NCBI GenBank assembly: GCA_902775025.1
Contig: CACYKP010000002.1
Location: 15,558 to 79,557, forward strand
Reading direction: 5' to 3'
Length of the DNA stretch: 64,000 nucleotides
DNA from: an uncultured bacterium
GTDB taxonomy: Bacteria; Cyanobacteriota; Vampirovibrionia; Gastranaerophilales; Gastranaerophilaceae
This document shows positions 20,541 to 30,172 of this stretch, one piece after another (position 1 is the stretch's first letter; every line of letters starts with the position of its first letter). Both the position numbers and the translations under genes were made by a program. The notes under the pieces are model-generated. The model was not told the origin of the DNA and searched no databases. It saw nothing but the letters and a program-made list of their open reading frames with translations.

Positions 20541-21245
20541 ATGTTAATACCATCACAAAACTGGGGCGAAGATATATCAATTGATAGCTCATTTGTAAAA
20601 TTGAACCTTGACTCAATAAAAGAAAGTATCGCACATTATAACGTTAAAATAATCGCAGTTACAAAATATTTCGGTCTCAATGCAATTAAGGCCGGATATG
20701 AGGCGGGAATCAGGGATTTTGCAGAATCGAGAGCTATTGAGGCAATAGAAAAGATAGAACAATTGCCGCAAGAAATCAGAAAGAAGTCAACCTTCCACTT
20801 TATAGGTCATCTTCAGTCCAATAAGGCAGAAAAGGTTACTCGGTATTTTGATGTTATTCATTCGGTAGATTCTGTGAAGATAGCTTCGGCGATATCCAAG
20901 GCAGCCTGTTCGTTAAATAAGAGAGAGAGAATTTTGCTGCAGGTCAATAATGCAGGAGAAGAACAAAAGTCAGGATATACAAAAGAACAGTTGCGCAAAG
21001 AATTAAGAGATATTTTGAATCTTGAGGGGATCAAAGTCATAGGTCTTATGAATATGGCGCCTTTGGGGGCTGATGAAGGGTGTCTGAGACGATTGTTTGG
21101 CGATATTAGAAAGTTCAGAGATGAACTTGAAAAGGAATTTGGTGTTACTATTCCTGAGCTATCAATGGGAATGAGTGATGATTATAAAGTTGCAGTAGAA
21201 GAAGGCGCAACGATGGTTAGAATAGGCAGAAAATTATTTACGTAG
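20541..21245 (+). CDS. yggS: PLP homeostasis protein YggS
   Basis: IAVTKY, HFIGHLQSNK, LSMGMS.DY..A...GATMVRIG; adjacent to sepF; exact start uncertain. Confidence 0.95.
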   Translation: MLIPSQNWGEDISIDSSFVKLNLDSIKESIAHYNVKIIAVTKYFGLNAIKAGYEAGIRDFAESRAIEAIEKIEQLPQEIRKKSTFHFIGHLQSNKAEKVTRYFDVIHSVDSVKIASAISKAACSLNKRERILLQVNNAGEEQKSGYTKEQLRKELRDILNLEGIKVIGLMNMAPLGADEGCLRRLFGDIRKFRDELEKEFGVTIPELSMGMSDDYKVAVEEGATMVRIGRKLFT

Positions 21246-21264
21246 AAAATATATTGGAGGAGCA

Positions 21265-21792
21265 ATGGCATTATCAGAAGGATTTAAAGGGTTTGTAGAC
21301 ATGTTAAAAGGCACATTTAGTGCAGACACAGAAGAGTATGACGAGGGAGATGTATTCACTGTTGGTGAAGATTATCCGGTAGAAGATAATTTAGCACGCA
21401 AACCGTTGGAGGATTTATACCCGACAACAACAGTACCTTCGGGAATAACAAGACGTTTCGGCAGAAAAGATACAAATGTAGCTCCGCTGCCAAATTCTTA
21501 TAAATCAAATGAAGTTATGGTAATTGAGCCTCGTTCATTCTCTGAATCAGCTCAAATAGTAAGAAAGTTAATTGAAAAGAAAACAGTAATTTTGCATTTG
21601 GATCTTTTAGATAAAGAACAATCACAAAGAACAATAGATTTTGTTTGTGGTGCATCTCATGCGTTGGAAGGTTCTGTACAAAAAATCAGTGATGCAGTTG
21701 TTATTTTTACACCAAATACAGTTGCTTTGTCAGTAGAAAATGCTCCTACTCAAAGTAAGTTTGTAGAATCACTTTGGAATAAACCTCTATAA
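21265..21792 (+). CDS. sepF: Cell division protein SepF
   Basis: VIEPRSFSE...QRTIDFVCGASHALEG...IFTP. Confidence 0.93.
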   Translation: MALSEGFKGFVDMLKGTFSADTEEYDEGDVFTVGEDYPVEDNLARKPLEDLYPTTTVPSGITRRFGRKDTNVAPLPNSYKSNEVMVIEPRSFSESAQIVRKLIEKKTVILHLDLLDKEQSQRTIDFVCGASHALEGSVQKISDAVVIFTPNTVALSVENAPTQSKFVESLWNKPL

Positions 21793-21911
21793 GGTTTGAA
21801 GGGAAGAGAAGAGAGGGAATCGGTACTTTATAACACACCGAGTATGTTTATCCCAAACCCCAGAAGTATGAAATTTTATTTAATATATTGATTTGTGATA
21901 GTTGGATTTTC

Positions 21912-21938
21912 AGGGTGCTTTTGCACCCTTTATTTTTT
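21912..21938 (+). terminator. Intrinsic terminator after sepF
   Basis: AGGGTGC-TTTT-GCACCCT followed by a T-rich tract. Confidence 0.7.
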
Positions 21939-21966
21939 TCTGAGTAAGTTGTTTTATAATAAATGT

Positions 21967-22437
21967 ATGAAGATTAAAATTATTGCATTAGGAAAAATAA
22001 AAGAAAAGTTTTTAAAAGACGGAATTGATGAATTTTTAAAGCGCCTTATACCTTATGCATCTCTTGAAATAGTTGAGCTTAATCCTGTAGAGATAAAAGA
22101 TGAGAACTTAATTCAAAAGGCACTTGATGAAGAGGGGAAGAATATACTTTCACACATCAAAGATGATTCTTTTGTTATAACAATGGAAATTCAAGGGAAA
22201 CAGTTATCATCAGAGGAGTTTGCTCAAAAAATAAATGACATTACAATGAACGGAATCTCAGAGCTTATTTTTATAATAGGTTCTTCTTACGGAATTTCCG
22301 ATGAAGTTTCTAAAAGGTCTGATTTTAAATTAAGTATGTCAAAAATGACATTTTTGCATCAGTTTGCAAGATTAATTCTGGTGGAGCAAATCTACAGGGC
22401 TTTTAAAATTTTAAAAGGTGAAAAATATCATAAATAG
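21967..22437 (+). CDS. rlmH: 23S rRNA m3-pseudouridine-1915 methyltransferase
   Basis: MKIKIIALGK, FIIGSSYG, MTFLHQFARLILVEQIYRAFKI...YHK. Confidence 0.96.
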   Translation: MKIKIIALGKIKEKFLKDGIDEFLKRLIPYASLEIVELNPVEIKDENLIQKALDEEGKNILSHIKDDSFVITMEIQGKQLSSEEFAQKINDITMNGISELIFIIGSSYGISDEVSKRSDFKLSMSKMTFLHQFARLILVEQIYRAFKILKGEKYHK

Positions 22438-22536
22438 TTTTTTGTAAATTTTTGTAAATAAAAACCATAGTAATTAGCAAATAATTTTTTTTTACTATTT
22501 TAGTTATAGTACAAGTAACGTAAAAAGGTTATTTTC

Positions 22537-22941
22537 ATGAAAGTAAATTCCATAAACAGTATAAATTTCCAAGCACACATTCTACCCTCCAGAGCGTTAA
22601 CGTCTGCTTTAGAATTAGCACAAAGTGAAGCAAGAATCGGAACTAAAGAAGGAGTAAAGCGAGCATCACAATTTTATAACAACTTGAGAACAATAGAAAA
22701 AGATAAAGATACAGCTACATTCTTCATTGATAGCAATCCGCAAAAATTGTATCCTTATATGAGATTGGGCAATGTTACAAGGCTTTTAGAATTTTTTAAA
22801 TATAAAGAGAATATGCTGCCAAATGCTATTATAGATGGTGTTAACAAGCTTGTTGAAAGCAAGTATCTTATGTCAGAAAGAGCAAATGAAGCTAAGGATG
22901 TTGATTTAACCAAAGCTTTTAATAAGTGGGCAAAAGTATAA
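22537..22941 (+). CDS. Lineage-specific hypothetical protein
   Basis: 134 aa with MKVNSINSINFQA leader. Confidence 0.7.
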   Translation: MKVNSINSINFQAHILPSRALTSALELAQSEARIGTKEGVKRASQFYNNLRTIEKDKDTATFFIDSNPQKLYPYMRLGNVTRLLEFFKYKENMLPNAIIDGVNKLVESKYLMSERANEAKDVDLTKAFNKWAKV

Positions 22942-22943
22942 AT

Positions 22944-22975
22944 AAAGAGGCTTGTACATTGTTTAAGCCTTTTTT
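22944..22975 (+). terminator. Intrinsic terminator
   Basis: AGGCTT...AAGCCT stem followed by TTTTT. Confidence 0.55.
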
Positions 22976-23042
22976 GTTGCGTTTTTAATTTCTTTAGATT
23001 AAAATTATTAAGCAAGACATACAGTATAAGGGGATATAAGAT

Positions 23043-23801
23043 ATGAGCGGACACTCAAAATGGTCAACAATAAAACATAAAAAAGCAAAAACAGACTCAC
23101 TTAGAGCTGCAGAATTTCAAAAATATTCAAGAGAACTAATTGTTGCATCAAAACTCGGCGGTCCGGATCCAGCAGGCAACTTTCGTTTAAGAACAGCAAT
23201 AGAAAAAGCAAAAGCTGCAGGACTTCCAAATGACAATATTAAGCGTGCAATCGAAAAAGGTTCGGGAGCCGGTAATAATGAAAATTATGAAGAAATGACT
23301 TACGAAGGATATGCAGCAGGCGGTGTTGCAGTTGTTATTGAGGCTATGACTGATAACAGAAACAGAACTGCAGGTGATATTAGAAGTTATTTTACAAAAT
23401 TCAACGGTAATCTTGGTGAAACAGGGTGTGTCGGATATATGTTTGATAAAAAAGGATGCATAACATTTAATAAAGATGATGTTGATTTTGATGCACTTTT
23501 TGAAGCCGCAATTAATCTTGATGCAGAAGACATAATTGAAGAGGAAGATGAATATAAGGTTTATACATCAATTCCTAATCTTCAACCGATAGCTGAAGGG
23601 CTTGAAAAAGAGGGTTTTAAATCTGTTACGGCAGAATTTACAAGAGTACCGCAAAATACAATCGAAGTAACTGATGAAAAAACTGCCATTAATATAATGA
23701 GATTGTTAGGCAGATTAGAAGAACATGATGATGTTCAAAATGTATATGCAAACTTTGATATTGATGACGATTTAATGTCAAAAATAGAAGAACAACTGTA
23801 A
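23043..23801 (+). CDS. yebC: YebC/PmpR-family DNA-binding regulator
   Basis: MSGHSKWSTIKHKK, YEGY, TDNRNRT, DDVQNVY. Confidence 0.97.
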   Translation: MSGHSKWSTIKHKKAKTDSLRAAEFQKYSRELIVASKLGGPDPAGNFRLRTAIEKAKAAGLPNDNIKRAIEKGSGAGNNENYEEMTYEGYAAGGVAVVIEAMTDNRNRTAGDIRSYFTKFNGNLGETGCVGYMFDKKGCITFNKDDVDFDALFEAAINLDAEDIIEEEDEYKVYTSIPNLQPIAEGLEKEGFKSVTAEFTRVPQNTIEVTDEKTAINIMRLLGRLEEHDDVQNVYANFDIDDDLMSKIEEQL

Positions 23802-23817
23802 TAAGTACATAAAATTA

Positions 23818-23858
23818 TTACCCTCGCCCTGCAGGAGAGGGATAAGATGAGGGGGTAA
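23818..23858. repeat. C-rich/G-rich palindromic repeat
   Basis: TTACCCTCGCCC...GGAGAGGG...TGAGGGGGTAA; relatives at 24254, 50339, 58094 and 61383. Confidence 0.7.
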
Positions 23859-23884
23859 CTTCTTATCGGAAATGGAGAATAATT

Positions 23885-24220
23885 ATGATGAATATGATGA
23901 ATATGATGAAACAGGCACAAAATATTCAAAAAAAGTTGAAAGAAACACAAGATGAACTGAATAAGATGGAGATATCAGGCGAAGCAGGCAGTGGTGCTGT
24001 AAAAGTTATATGCGACGGTAAAGGTTTATTCAAATCAATCAAGCTTTCTGCAGAAGCAATAAATCCTGAGAATCCGTCTTCCGTCTCCGAAGATAGCATT
24101 GAAATGCTTGAAGATTTGATTACAAGCGCAATCAATATGACAACAGAAAAAGCGCAAAAAGGTATGGAAGAAAAAATGAAAGCAGTAACAGGCGGTATCT
24201 CAATTCCGGGGTTATTTTAA
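23885..24220 (+). CDS. ybaB: YbaB/EbfC nucleoid-associated protein
   Basis: MMKQAQNIQKKL...GSGAVKV...EMLEDLI..A..GG.SIPGLF; upstream of recR. Confidence 0.93.
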   Translation: MMNMMNMMKQAQNIQKKLKETQDELNKMEISGEAGSGAVKVICDGKGLFKSIKLSAEAINPENPSSVSEDSIEMLEDLITSAINMTTEKAQKGMEEKMKAVTGGISIPGLF

Positions 24221-24253
24221 TAATATAAAATAGGTGAGATATATTGTTTAACA

Positions 24254-24285
24254 CCTCACCCCAACCCTCTCCTCAAGGAGAGGGA
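24254..24285. repeat. C-rich/G-rich palindromic repeat overlapping the recR SD
   Basis: CCTCACCCCAACCCTCTCCTCAAGGAGAGGGA. Confidence 0.75.
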
Positions 24286-24294
24286 GGAGATTTT

Positions 24295-24891
24295 ATGATT
24301 TATCCAAAGTCTATAGCAGCATTAATAGAACAATTTCAAAAGTTTCCGTCTGTTGGTCCAAAGTCGGCACAACGGATGGCTTTTCAAGTGCTAAAAATGC
24401 CGATATCAGAGGTTGAAAAATTTGCTAATGCAATAATTATGGCAAAAAGAAGCGCCAAGACTTGTGAGATTTGTTATAATATTTCAACTCAAAGTCCTTG
24501 CGAGATTTGTTCTTCAAACAACCGTAATAAATCTGTGATATGTGTTGTTGCAGAAACAAAAGATTTAATAGCTATAGAAAAAACAAATGAGTATAAAGGT
24601 TTGTACCACGTTTTACAAGGCCTAATATCCCCTATAGACGGAATTGGTGCAGAAGATATAAGGATAAAAGAGTTATTAACAAGACTTACTGATGAAACTG
24701 TTCAGGAAGTTATTTTGGCATTATCGCCTTCAGTTGAAGGTGAAGCAACAAGCCTTTATCTTACAAAACTTATAAAACCGTTTGGAATAAAAATTTCTCG
24801 TATTGCTTTCGGACTGCCTGTAGGTGCGGATTTAGAATATGCGGATGAAGTTACTCTTGCTCGTGCAATTGAAGGACGCAGGGAATTATAA
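24295..24891 (+). CDS. recR: Recombination mediator RecR
   Basis: FPSVGPKSAQRMAF, C4 zinc finger, YHVLQG, EGEAT, YADEVTL; true start is ATG 24295. Confidence 0.97.
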   Translation: MIYPKSIAALIEQFQKFPSVGPKSAQRMAFQVLKMPISEVEKFANAIIMAKRSAKTCEICYNISTQSPCEICSSNNRNKSVICVVAETKDLIAIEKTNEYKGLYHVLQGLISPIDGIGAEDIRIKELLTRLTDETVQEVILALSPSVEGEATSLYLTKLIKPFGIKISRIAFGLPVGADLEYADEVTLARAIEGRREL

Positions 24892-24904
24892 AGGAGGAAA
24901 TTAA

Positions 24905-25276
24905 ATGAAGGTTTCTTTAAATAGTAATGTATCAAATTCAGCACTGCGAATTACTTTTGATGGGACAAAAGGCAGGGAATTTATTAATAGAAATATTACA
25001 AAACAAAAATATATAGATAAAACAGATACTTTAGTTGGTAAAATTAAAACGGAATTTAAATTAAATACTGAAAATTCGACAGATATATTGGAAGCTCTGG
25101 TTGACGAGATTAAAATATTAAAAAGGACGCTATTTATGGCTGAAGATGAAATAACAAAACTTTCAAAAACCAATTCAAAGCTTAAATATATAAATAGTGT
25201 TAATTTGATTAACTTGGAAAACAAAGATAAAGAAATCCGGAGTTTACGTTATCGGAATCATATGTTAAGACGATAA
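24905..25276 (+). CDS. Lineage-specific coiled-coil hypothetical protein
   Basis: 123 aa, SD AGGAGG, MKVSLNSN...ITFDG leader. Confidence 0.65.
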   Translation: MKVSLNSNVSNSALRITFDGTKGREFINRNITKQKYIDKTDTLVGKIKTEFKLNTENSTDILEALVDEIKILKRTLFMAEDEITKLSKTNSKLKYINSVNLINLENKDKEIRSLRYRNHMLRR

Positions 25277-25314
25277 TATTTTGATTTTTATTAAATCATC
25301 ACTATAATAATATT

Positions 25315-25956
25315 ATGAAAAAGTTAGTTGCATTATTCATAATATTAAGTTTTACTTTGCCTGCAAATGCATTCTTTTGGAACAAAAAAAATAAGGCTTT
25401 GGAAAAAGAACTGCAGGGTAAAGGTTATGCGGGTGATTTACCTCAGATTGAAGAAAAAGAAAAACCTAAAACGAAAGTTGCAGAGCCGATATTTGGTCCG
25501 CAAGAGTTTGATAATCCAGCAGAGCTAAAGCCTGTTCCAAGAGATAATCCTGCTTTTATAGATATTATTCAAAAACAAGATAAAACTTCCCAGTATGTCA
25601 ATGATGTTAATACGATAATTCCCATGCTGGAAAAATTGCATGATTGTATAGAAGATAATGAAAGTTTGCAGTTATTTGTATCAAAGGGGAATTTACTAAC
25701 CTCCAATATTGATTATTTAATACAAAAATATGACGGTAAACCGGAAAGTTATTTTGAATCTTTTAAAAAATTAACCGAAGTGAACAGATATACAAAAACA
25801 TTAATGACATTAAGACGTGAAGCAGCACAATATCAGCGTTATCTTGCATATTCAGAAAGCGGTTCAATTTATAGCCCTGAAAACATTGAACAACAGTTGG
25901 ATTATTTAAAAGAAGAAATCAACTCTGCGATTTTATTATTAAGAGAGGAAGGCTAA
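25315..25956 (+). CDS. Exported hypothetical protein
   Basis: Sec-type signal MKKLVALFIILSFTLPANA. Confidence 0.75.
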   Translation: MKKLVALFIILSFTLPANAFFWNKKNKALEKELQGKGYAGDLPQIEEKEKPKTKVAEPIFGPQEFDNPAELKPVPRDNPAFIDIIQKQDKTSQYVNDVNTIIPMLEKLHDCIEDNESLQLFVSKGNLLTSNIDYLIQKYDGKPESYFESFKKLTEVNRYTKTLMTLRREAAQYQRYLAYSESGSIYSPENIEQQLDYLKEEINSAILLLREEG

Positions 25957-26115
25957 AAAAAAGGGATTAGGATAAATGTATTTACCCCTACCCCTTGGAA
26001 TTAAGAATAGCTGGAAGTATGAAAAAGATTTAATAATTATATTTAAGCTAAAATGCTATTTTTTTTATATCGGTAACGTGGCTAATTTTTAAGGGTAATT
26101 ATTTTTAAAATAGTG

Positions 26116-26144
26116 TTGCATTTAATTTTTGAGCATGATAATAT
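26116..26144 (+). promoter_or_regulatory. Sigma70-type promoter for rpsH-rplF-rplR
   Basis: TTGCAT-N17-TAATAT with an extended -10 TG; about 150-nt leader to rpsH. Confidence 0.5.
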
Positions 26145-26299
26145 CATTCTGTCAGACTACTGAAAAACGCTTTTTAATGAGCACAAATTAGTTCAGCAAG
26201 TGACGGGTACTCGGAGCAAGTAAATAATACAAGTAAAAGTTTCTCACGCTTTTATACACAATTTATTTAAACTACTCCATAACAGTAAAGGAAAACAGA

Positions 26300-26695
26300 A
26301 TGAACACAGATCCTATAGCAGATATGCTAACAAGAATCAGAAACGCTAATGTTGTTTCTCATCCATCAGTAGAAATGCCATCATCAAAGTTAAAAGTAGC
26401 TTTAGCTAAACTTTTAAAAGAAGAAGGTTACATCGTAGATTATTCTGAAAAAGTTGACGGTCATTTCAAGACTTTGTCTATTGAATTAAAATATGACGAA
26501 GCTAACAAGCCTGTAATCACAAGCTTAAAGAGAGTTTCTAAACCGGGTTTAAGAAGTTATTCAAAGGCTAAAAACTTACCGCAGGTTATGGGTGGTATGG
26601 GTATAGCAATTGTATCAACAAGCAAAGGTTTATTGACTGACCGTAAAGCAAGAAAAGAAAACCTTGGCGGCGAAGTTCTTTGCTATATCTACTAG
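26300..26695 (+). CDS. rpsH: 30S ribosomal protein S8
   Basis: [14 protein letters not shown]...SKPGLR.Y...GGEVLCYI. Confidence 0.99.
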   Translation: MNTDPIADMLTRIRNANVVSHPSVEMPSSKLKVALAKLLKEEGYIVDYSEKVDGHFKTLSIELKYDEANKPVITSLKRVSKPGLRSYSKAKNLPQVMGGMGIAIVSTSKGLLTDRKARKENLGGEVLCYIY

Positions 26696-26696
26696 T

Positions 26697-26777
26697 AAAT
26701 GTAAAATGTAAAATGGAAAATGGAAAATTATTTATAAAATTATCAATTATCAATTATCAATTTCCAATTTTTCATTG
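26697..26777. repeat. Heptamer tandem repeats (AAATG(T/G)A x4, then AATT(A/T)(T/C)C x4)
   Basis: Read directly between rpsH and rplF; related TTTTCCA x4 at 61512..61539. Confidence 0.8.
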
Positions 26778-26821
26778 TAGAAACAGGTCATTGACAGAAA
26801 GCCTGTAGAAAGGAAAACAAA

Positions 26822-27361
26822 ATGTCACGTATTGGTAAAAAACCTATTGATATCCCATCAGGGGTAGAAGTTAAAATAGATGGTAATGTTATTACCGTTA
26901 AAGGTCCTAAAGGTACTGAATCAGTTACTTTTAGAGATGAAGTAAAAGTTTCTCAAAAAGAAAACCAAATCATTGTTGAACAAAATTCAGATGACAGAAA
27001 AGCAGGTGCACTGCACGGTTTATTCAGAACTCTTATTGCAAACGCTGTAACAGGTGTTTCAAAAGGTTTTGAAAAGAAACTTGAGATCGTTGGTGTAGGT
27101 TATCGTGCAGCTATGGAAGGCAAAAATCTTAACATGGCACTCGGTTATTCACACCCTGTACTTATTGAAGCTCCGGAAGGAATCACTTTCGCAGTTGAAG
27201 CTAACACTAAAATCACTGTTAGCGGTTCAAACAAACAAGCTGTAGGCGATATCGCAGCATTCATAAGAGGAAAGAGACCGCCTGAAGTATACAAAGGAAA
27301 AGGTGTTAAGTACGAAGGTGAATACATCAGACGCAAAGCCGGTAAAGCTGGTAAGAAATAG
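26822..27361 (+). CDS. rplF: 50S ribosomal protein L6
   Basis: MSRIGKKPI...[13 protein letters not shown]. Confidence 0.99.
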   Translation: MSRIGKKPIDIPSGVEVKIDGNVITVKGPKGTESVTFRDEVKVSQKENQIIVEQNSDDRKAGALHGLFRTLIANAVTGVSKGFEKKLEIVGVGYRAAMEGKNLNMALGYSHPVLIEAPEGITFAVEANTKITVSGSNKQAVGDIAAFIRGKRPPEVYKGKGVKYEGEYIRRKAGKAGKK

Positions 27362-27432
27362 GATGTAAAAGTGAATAAGGTAATTACATGTGAAGGGCTT
27401 TAGCCCGCTAAAGCAGTAAGAAAGAAGGAAAA

Positions 27433-27801
27433 ATGATTAAACAAGAAATTAGAAAACCAAAAGTTCAAAAAAGACATCAATCTATCAGAGTTAAAATTGC
27501 AGGAACAACAGAATTCCCGCGTTTAGCTGTATATAGAAGTACAAAACACATTTATGCTCAACTTATTGATGATGAAAAACATGTTACAATCGCTTCAGCA
27601 TCATCTGTTGACAAAGACCTTAAAGAAAAATTAGCTCACGGTGGTAACATCGAAGCAGCTAAGGTTGTCGGTGAAGCTATCGCTAAGAAAGCTAAAGCAG
27701 CTGGTATCGAATGTGTTGTATTTGATAGAGGCGGTTTCTTATATCACGGACGTGTTGCAGCATTAGCTGATGCAGCAAGAGAAGCAGGCTTGATGTTCTA
27801 A
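27433..27801 (+). CDS. rplR: 50S ribosomal protein L18
   Basis: [14 protein letters not shown]...[24 protein letters not shown]. Confidence 0.99.
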   Translation: MIKQEIRKPKVQKRHQSIRVKIAGTTEFPRLAVYRSTKHIYAQLIDDEKHVTIASASSVDKDLKEKLAHGGNIEAAKVVGEAIAKKAKAAGIECVVFDRGGFLYHGRVAALADAAREAGLMF

Positions 27802-27822
27802 TAAAAACATTAATAAATATGT

Positions 27823-27859
27823 AAACAGTGGTATCAAAACAGGTACCACTGTTTTTTTT
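27823..27859 (+). terminator. Intrinsic terminator after rplR
   Basis: AAACAGTGGTA...TACCACTGTTT followed by a T run. Confidence 0.8.
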
Positions 27860-27899
27860 GTGTTATAATTTCTCTATAGATAGGAAGGTAAAAAAGGAT

Positions 27900-28904
27900 A
27901 TGAGTTTAGATGTATATTTAGGTATAGATGTAGGTTCTGTTACTACAAAATTAGCTTTGATTGATGAAAAGGGTAAATATGTTGATTCTTATATGCTAAA
28001 AACAGCAGGACGCCCCGTTGATGCAGTGCAAGACGGTATGCGTCATATAATTAGTCAAGCTCTTTGTGAGTACAATGTTCAAGGTGTCGGGACAACAGGT
28101 TCCGGTAGAAACCTCGCAGGAGCTTTAGTTGGTGCTGATGTCGTTAAGAACGAGATTACTGCTCACGCAGTTGCAGCAAGTACTAACATCCCCGGGGTTC
28201 AAACAATTTTAGAAATTGGCGGTCAGGACAGTAAAATTATTATCCTCAGAGATGGTATTGTTACGGATTTTGCGATGAATACTGTTTGTGCGGCAGGAAC
28301 CGGAAGCTTTTTGGATCACCAAGCACAAAGACTTAATGTACCTATAGAAAAATTTGGTGAAACAGCTCTTCGTTCAGAAAATCCTGCTCGTATCGCAGGA
28401 AGATGCGGAGTATTTGCAGAATCTGACTTAATCCATAAACAACAATTGGGTTATCCTGTTGAAGACCTTCTTTATGGTCTTTGTCAGGCTCTTGTCAGAA
28501 ACTATTTAAGCAACTTGGCTTTAGGAAAAGAATTACTTCCTGTATTTTCTTTCCAAGGCGGTGTTGCCTCTAATACAGGCATGGTTAAGGCTTTTGAAGA
28601 AGCTCTGAATGCTAAAGTTATTGTTCCCGATCATCACCAAACAATGGGTGCAATCGGTGCTGCACTTTTAGCGATGGAAAATCATCAATACACAGAAACA
28701 CCTACTAAGTTTAAAGGATGGGAAGTAGGTGATATGAGCTTCCAATCAGTAACTTGCCAATGTACAGGCTGTTCAAATAACTGCGAAGTTATTACTATTT
28801 TGGAAGGCTCTGAACCTATCGGACATGTTCAAAAAATCGGTGATATAAAAGGTAATATTATCGCACGCTGGGGCGGTACATGCGGAAGATGGGATATCGG
28901 ATAA
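27900..28904 (+). CDS. 2-hydroxyacyl-CoA dehydratase activator (BadF/BadG/BcrA/BcrD ATPase)
   Basis: GIDVGSVTTK, EIGGQDSK, MNTVCAAGTG, GRCGVFAESD and C-terminal CxxCxNxC. Confidence 0.92.
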   Translation: MSLDVYLGIDVGSVTTKLALIDEKGKYVDSYMLKTAGRPVDAVQDGMRHIISQALCEYNVQGVGTTGSGRNLAGALVGADVVKNEITAHAVAASTNIPGVQTILEIGGQDSKIIILRDGIVTDFAMNTVCAAGTGSFLDHQAQRLNVPIEKFGETALRSENPARIAGRCGVFAESDLIHKQQLGYPVEDLLYGLCQALVRNYLSNLALGKELLPVFSFQGGVASNTGMVKAFEEALNAKVIVPDHHQTMGAIGAALLAMENHQYTETPTKFKGWEVGDMSFQSVTCQCTGCSNNCEVITILEGSEPIGHVQKIGDIKGNIIARWGGTCGRWDIG

Positions 28905-28927
28905 GAATTATAAAAAGGATAAAAATT

Positions 28928-28958
28928 GTTCCTTTTGGGCAAAAGGAACCGAAAACCT
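28928..28958 (-). repeat. Hairpin-ended repeat (TTTT.GGTTCYTTTT...AAAAGRAAC family)
   Basis: GTTCCTTTTG-GG-CAAAAGGAAC-CGAAAACC; same pattern at 53575..53606 and at the 58150/58774 ends. Confidence 0.55.
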
Positions 28959-29075
28959 TTTAATAAAGGTTGGCGGTGTTAGAAGAAATACGATAAAGGC
29001 AGAACTTATATAACCTGCCTCTTGAACACTTAAGAAGTTGGTTGATAAAAATTTTAATATATTAAAAATATTAAC

Positions 29076-29106
29076 GGCGGCGAGGAATTTTCCTCGCCGC
29101 CTTATT
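29076..29106 (+). terminator. GC-rich hairpin, probable terminator
   Basis: GGCGGCGAGGAA-TT-TTCCTCGCCGCC-TTATTT. Confidence 0.6.
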
Positions 29107-29240
29107 TGTATATTGTTCATTCTTATACAAAATTGCACCCTGCTTTCTATTTTGGTATAATCAATGTGGATTAGGTTTTACTTTACAAAAACTGACAAAG
29201 TAGGTTGGATGAAACCCAAGAAAAAGTAATAAGGAATTAT

Positions 29241-30050
29241 ATGAGCATTAATTTAAGAAATTTTGAAATCGGTGGTAACAAACTGACAATCCTTGCAGGA
29301 CCTTGTGCAGTTGAGAGTTTGGAAATTATGAGAGAGACTGCGGAAGGTTTAAAAAAAGTTTGTGAGAAACTGGATATTAATTATGTATTCAAATGCTCTT
29401 ATGACAAAGCTAACCGTTCTTCAATAAATTCTTATCGTGGTTTAGGAATGGAAAAAGGTCTGGAATACCTTGCGGCTATTAAGAAAGAATTTGATTTACC
29501 TATAGTTACTGATATTCATACTCCTGAACAAGCTCCTATAGCGGCAGAAGTTGCTGATATTATACAAATTCCGGCATTCCTTTGCAGACAAACAGATTTG
29601 CTTGTTGCGGCTGCTAAGACAGGTAAAATTGTTAATATTAAAAAAGGTCAGTTTCTTGCACCGGAACAAATGAAAAGCTTAGTTAAAAAAGTTGAAGATA
29701 GCGGAAATACTCAAATTATGCTGACTGATAGAGGTGTAACATTTGGGTATAACAACCTTGTTTCGGATTTTCGTGCAATTCCTATAATGAAAGAATTTGG
29801 GTATCCTGTCGTGTTTGATGCAACACATAGCGTTCAAATGCCCGGTTCTAACGGAGATTCGACAGGCGGAGACAGAAGATTTGTTCCTGTTCTTGCAAAA
29901 TGTGCTATGGCAGCAGGAGCTGATGTTTTATTCTTTGAAGTTCACCCGAATCCTGACAAAGCACTTTGCGACGGACCTAATATGTTATTCCTAAAAGATG
30001 CGGCAAAAGTTTTCTCTAAATGCAAAGAAATTTTTGAAATCGTACGATAA
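29241..30050 (+). CDS. kdsA: KDO-8-phosphate synthase
   Basis: AGPCAVES, YDKANRSS, QIPAFLCRQTDLL, KKGQFLAP, DATHSVQ.PG. Confidence 0.98.
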   Translation: MSINLRNFEIGGNKLTILAGPCAVESLEIMRETAEGLKKVCEKLDINYVFKCSYDKANRSSINSYRGLGMEKGLEYLAAIKKEFDLPIVTDIHTPEQAPIAAEVADIIQIPAFLCRQTDLLVAAAKTGKIVNIKKGQFLAPEQMKSLVKKVEDSGNTQIMLTDRGVTFGYNNLVSDFRAIPIMKEFGYPVVFDATHSVQMPGSNGDSTGGDRRFVPVLAKCAMAAGADVLFFEVHPNPDKALCDGPNMLFLKDAAKVFSKCKEIFEIVR

Positions 30051-30172
30051 TTCGGGTTTAATGTATGCGGTAGGCTAAAGTCTACCATTGCTACAAGGCT
30101 AAAAGAACTTGGTTACACACCTAAAGTTGCATAAATATTCCATGTGCAAATTTTTTTAAATCGACTATTGGT

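Noticed and set aside
23885-23911. ATGATGAAT x3 microrepeat at the ybaB start
   Set aside because: Consistent with the Met/Asn-rich starts common in YbaB; no sign of phase variation.
24244-24294. N-terminal extension of RecR (MFNTSPQPSPQGEGGDF)
   Set aside because: It is the translation of the palindromic repeat; the true start is ATG 24295.
26150-26299. rpsN hidden upstream of rpsH
   Set aside because: No open frame with S14 motifs.
28908-29138. 76-aa minus-strand ORF
   Set aside because: Runs through hairpin repeats and a terminator; no supporting features.
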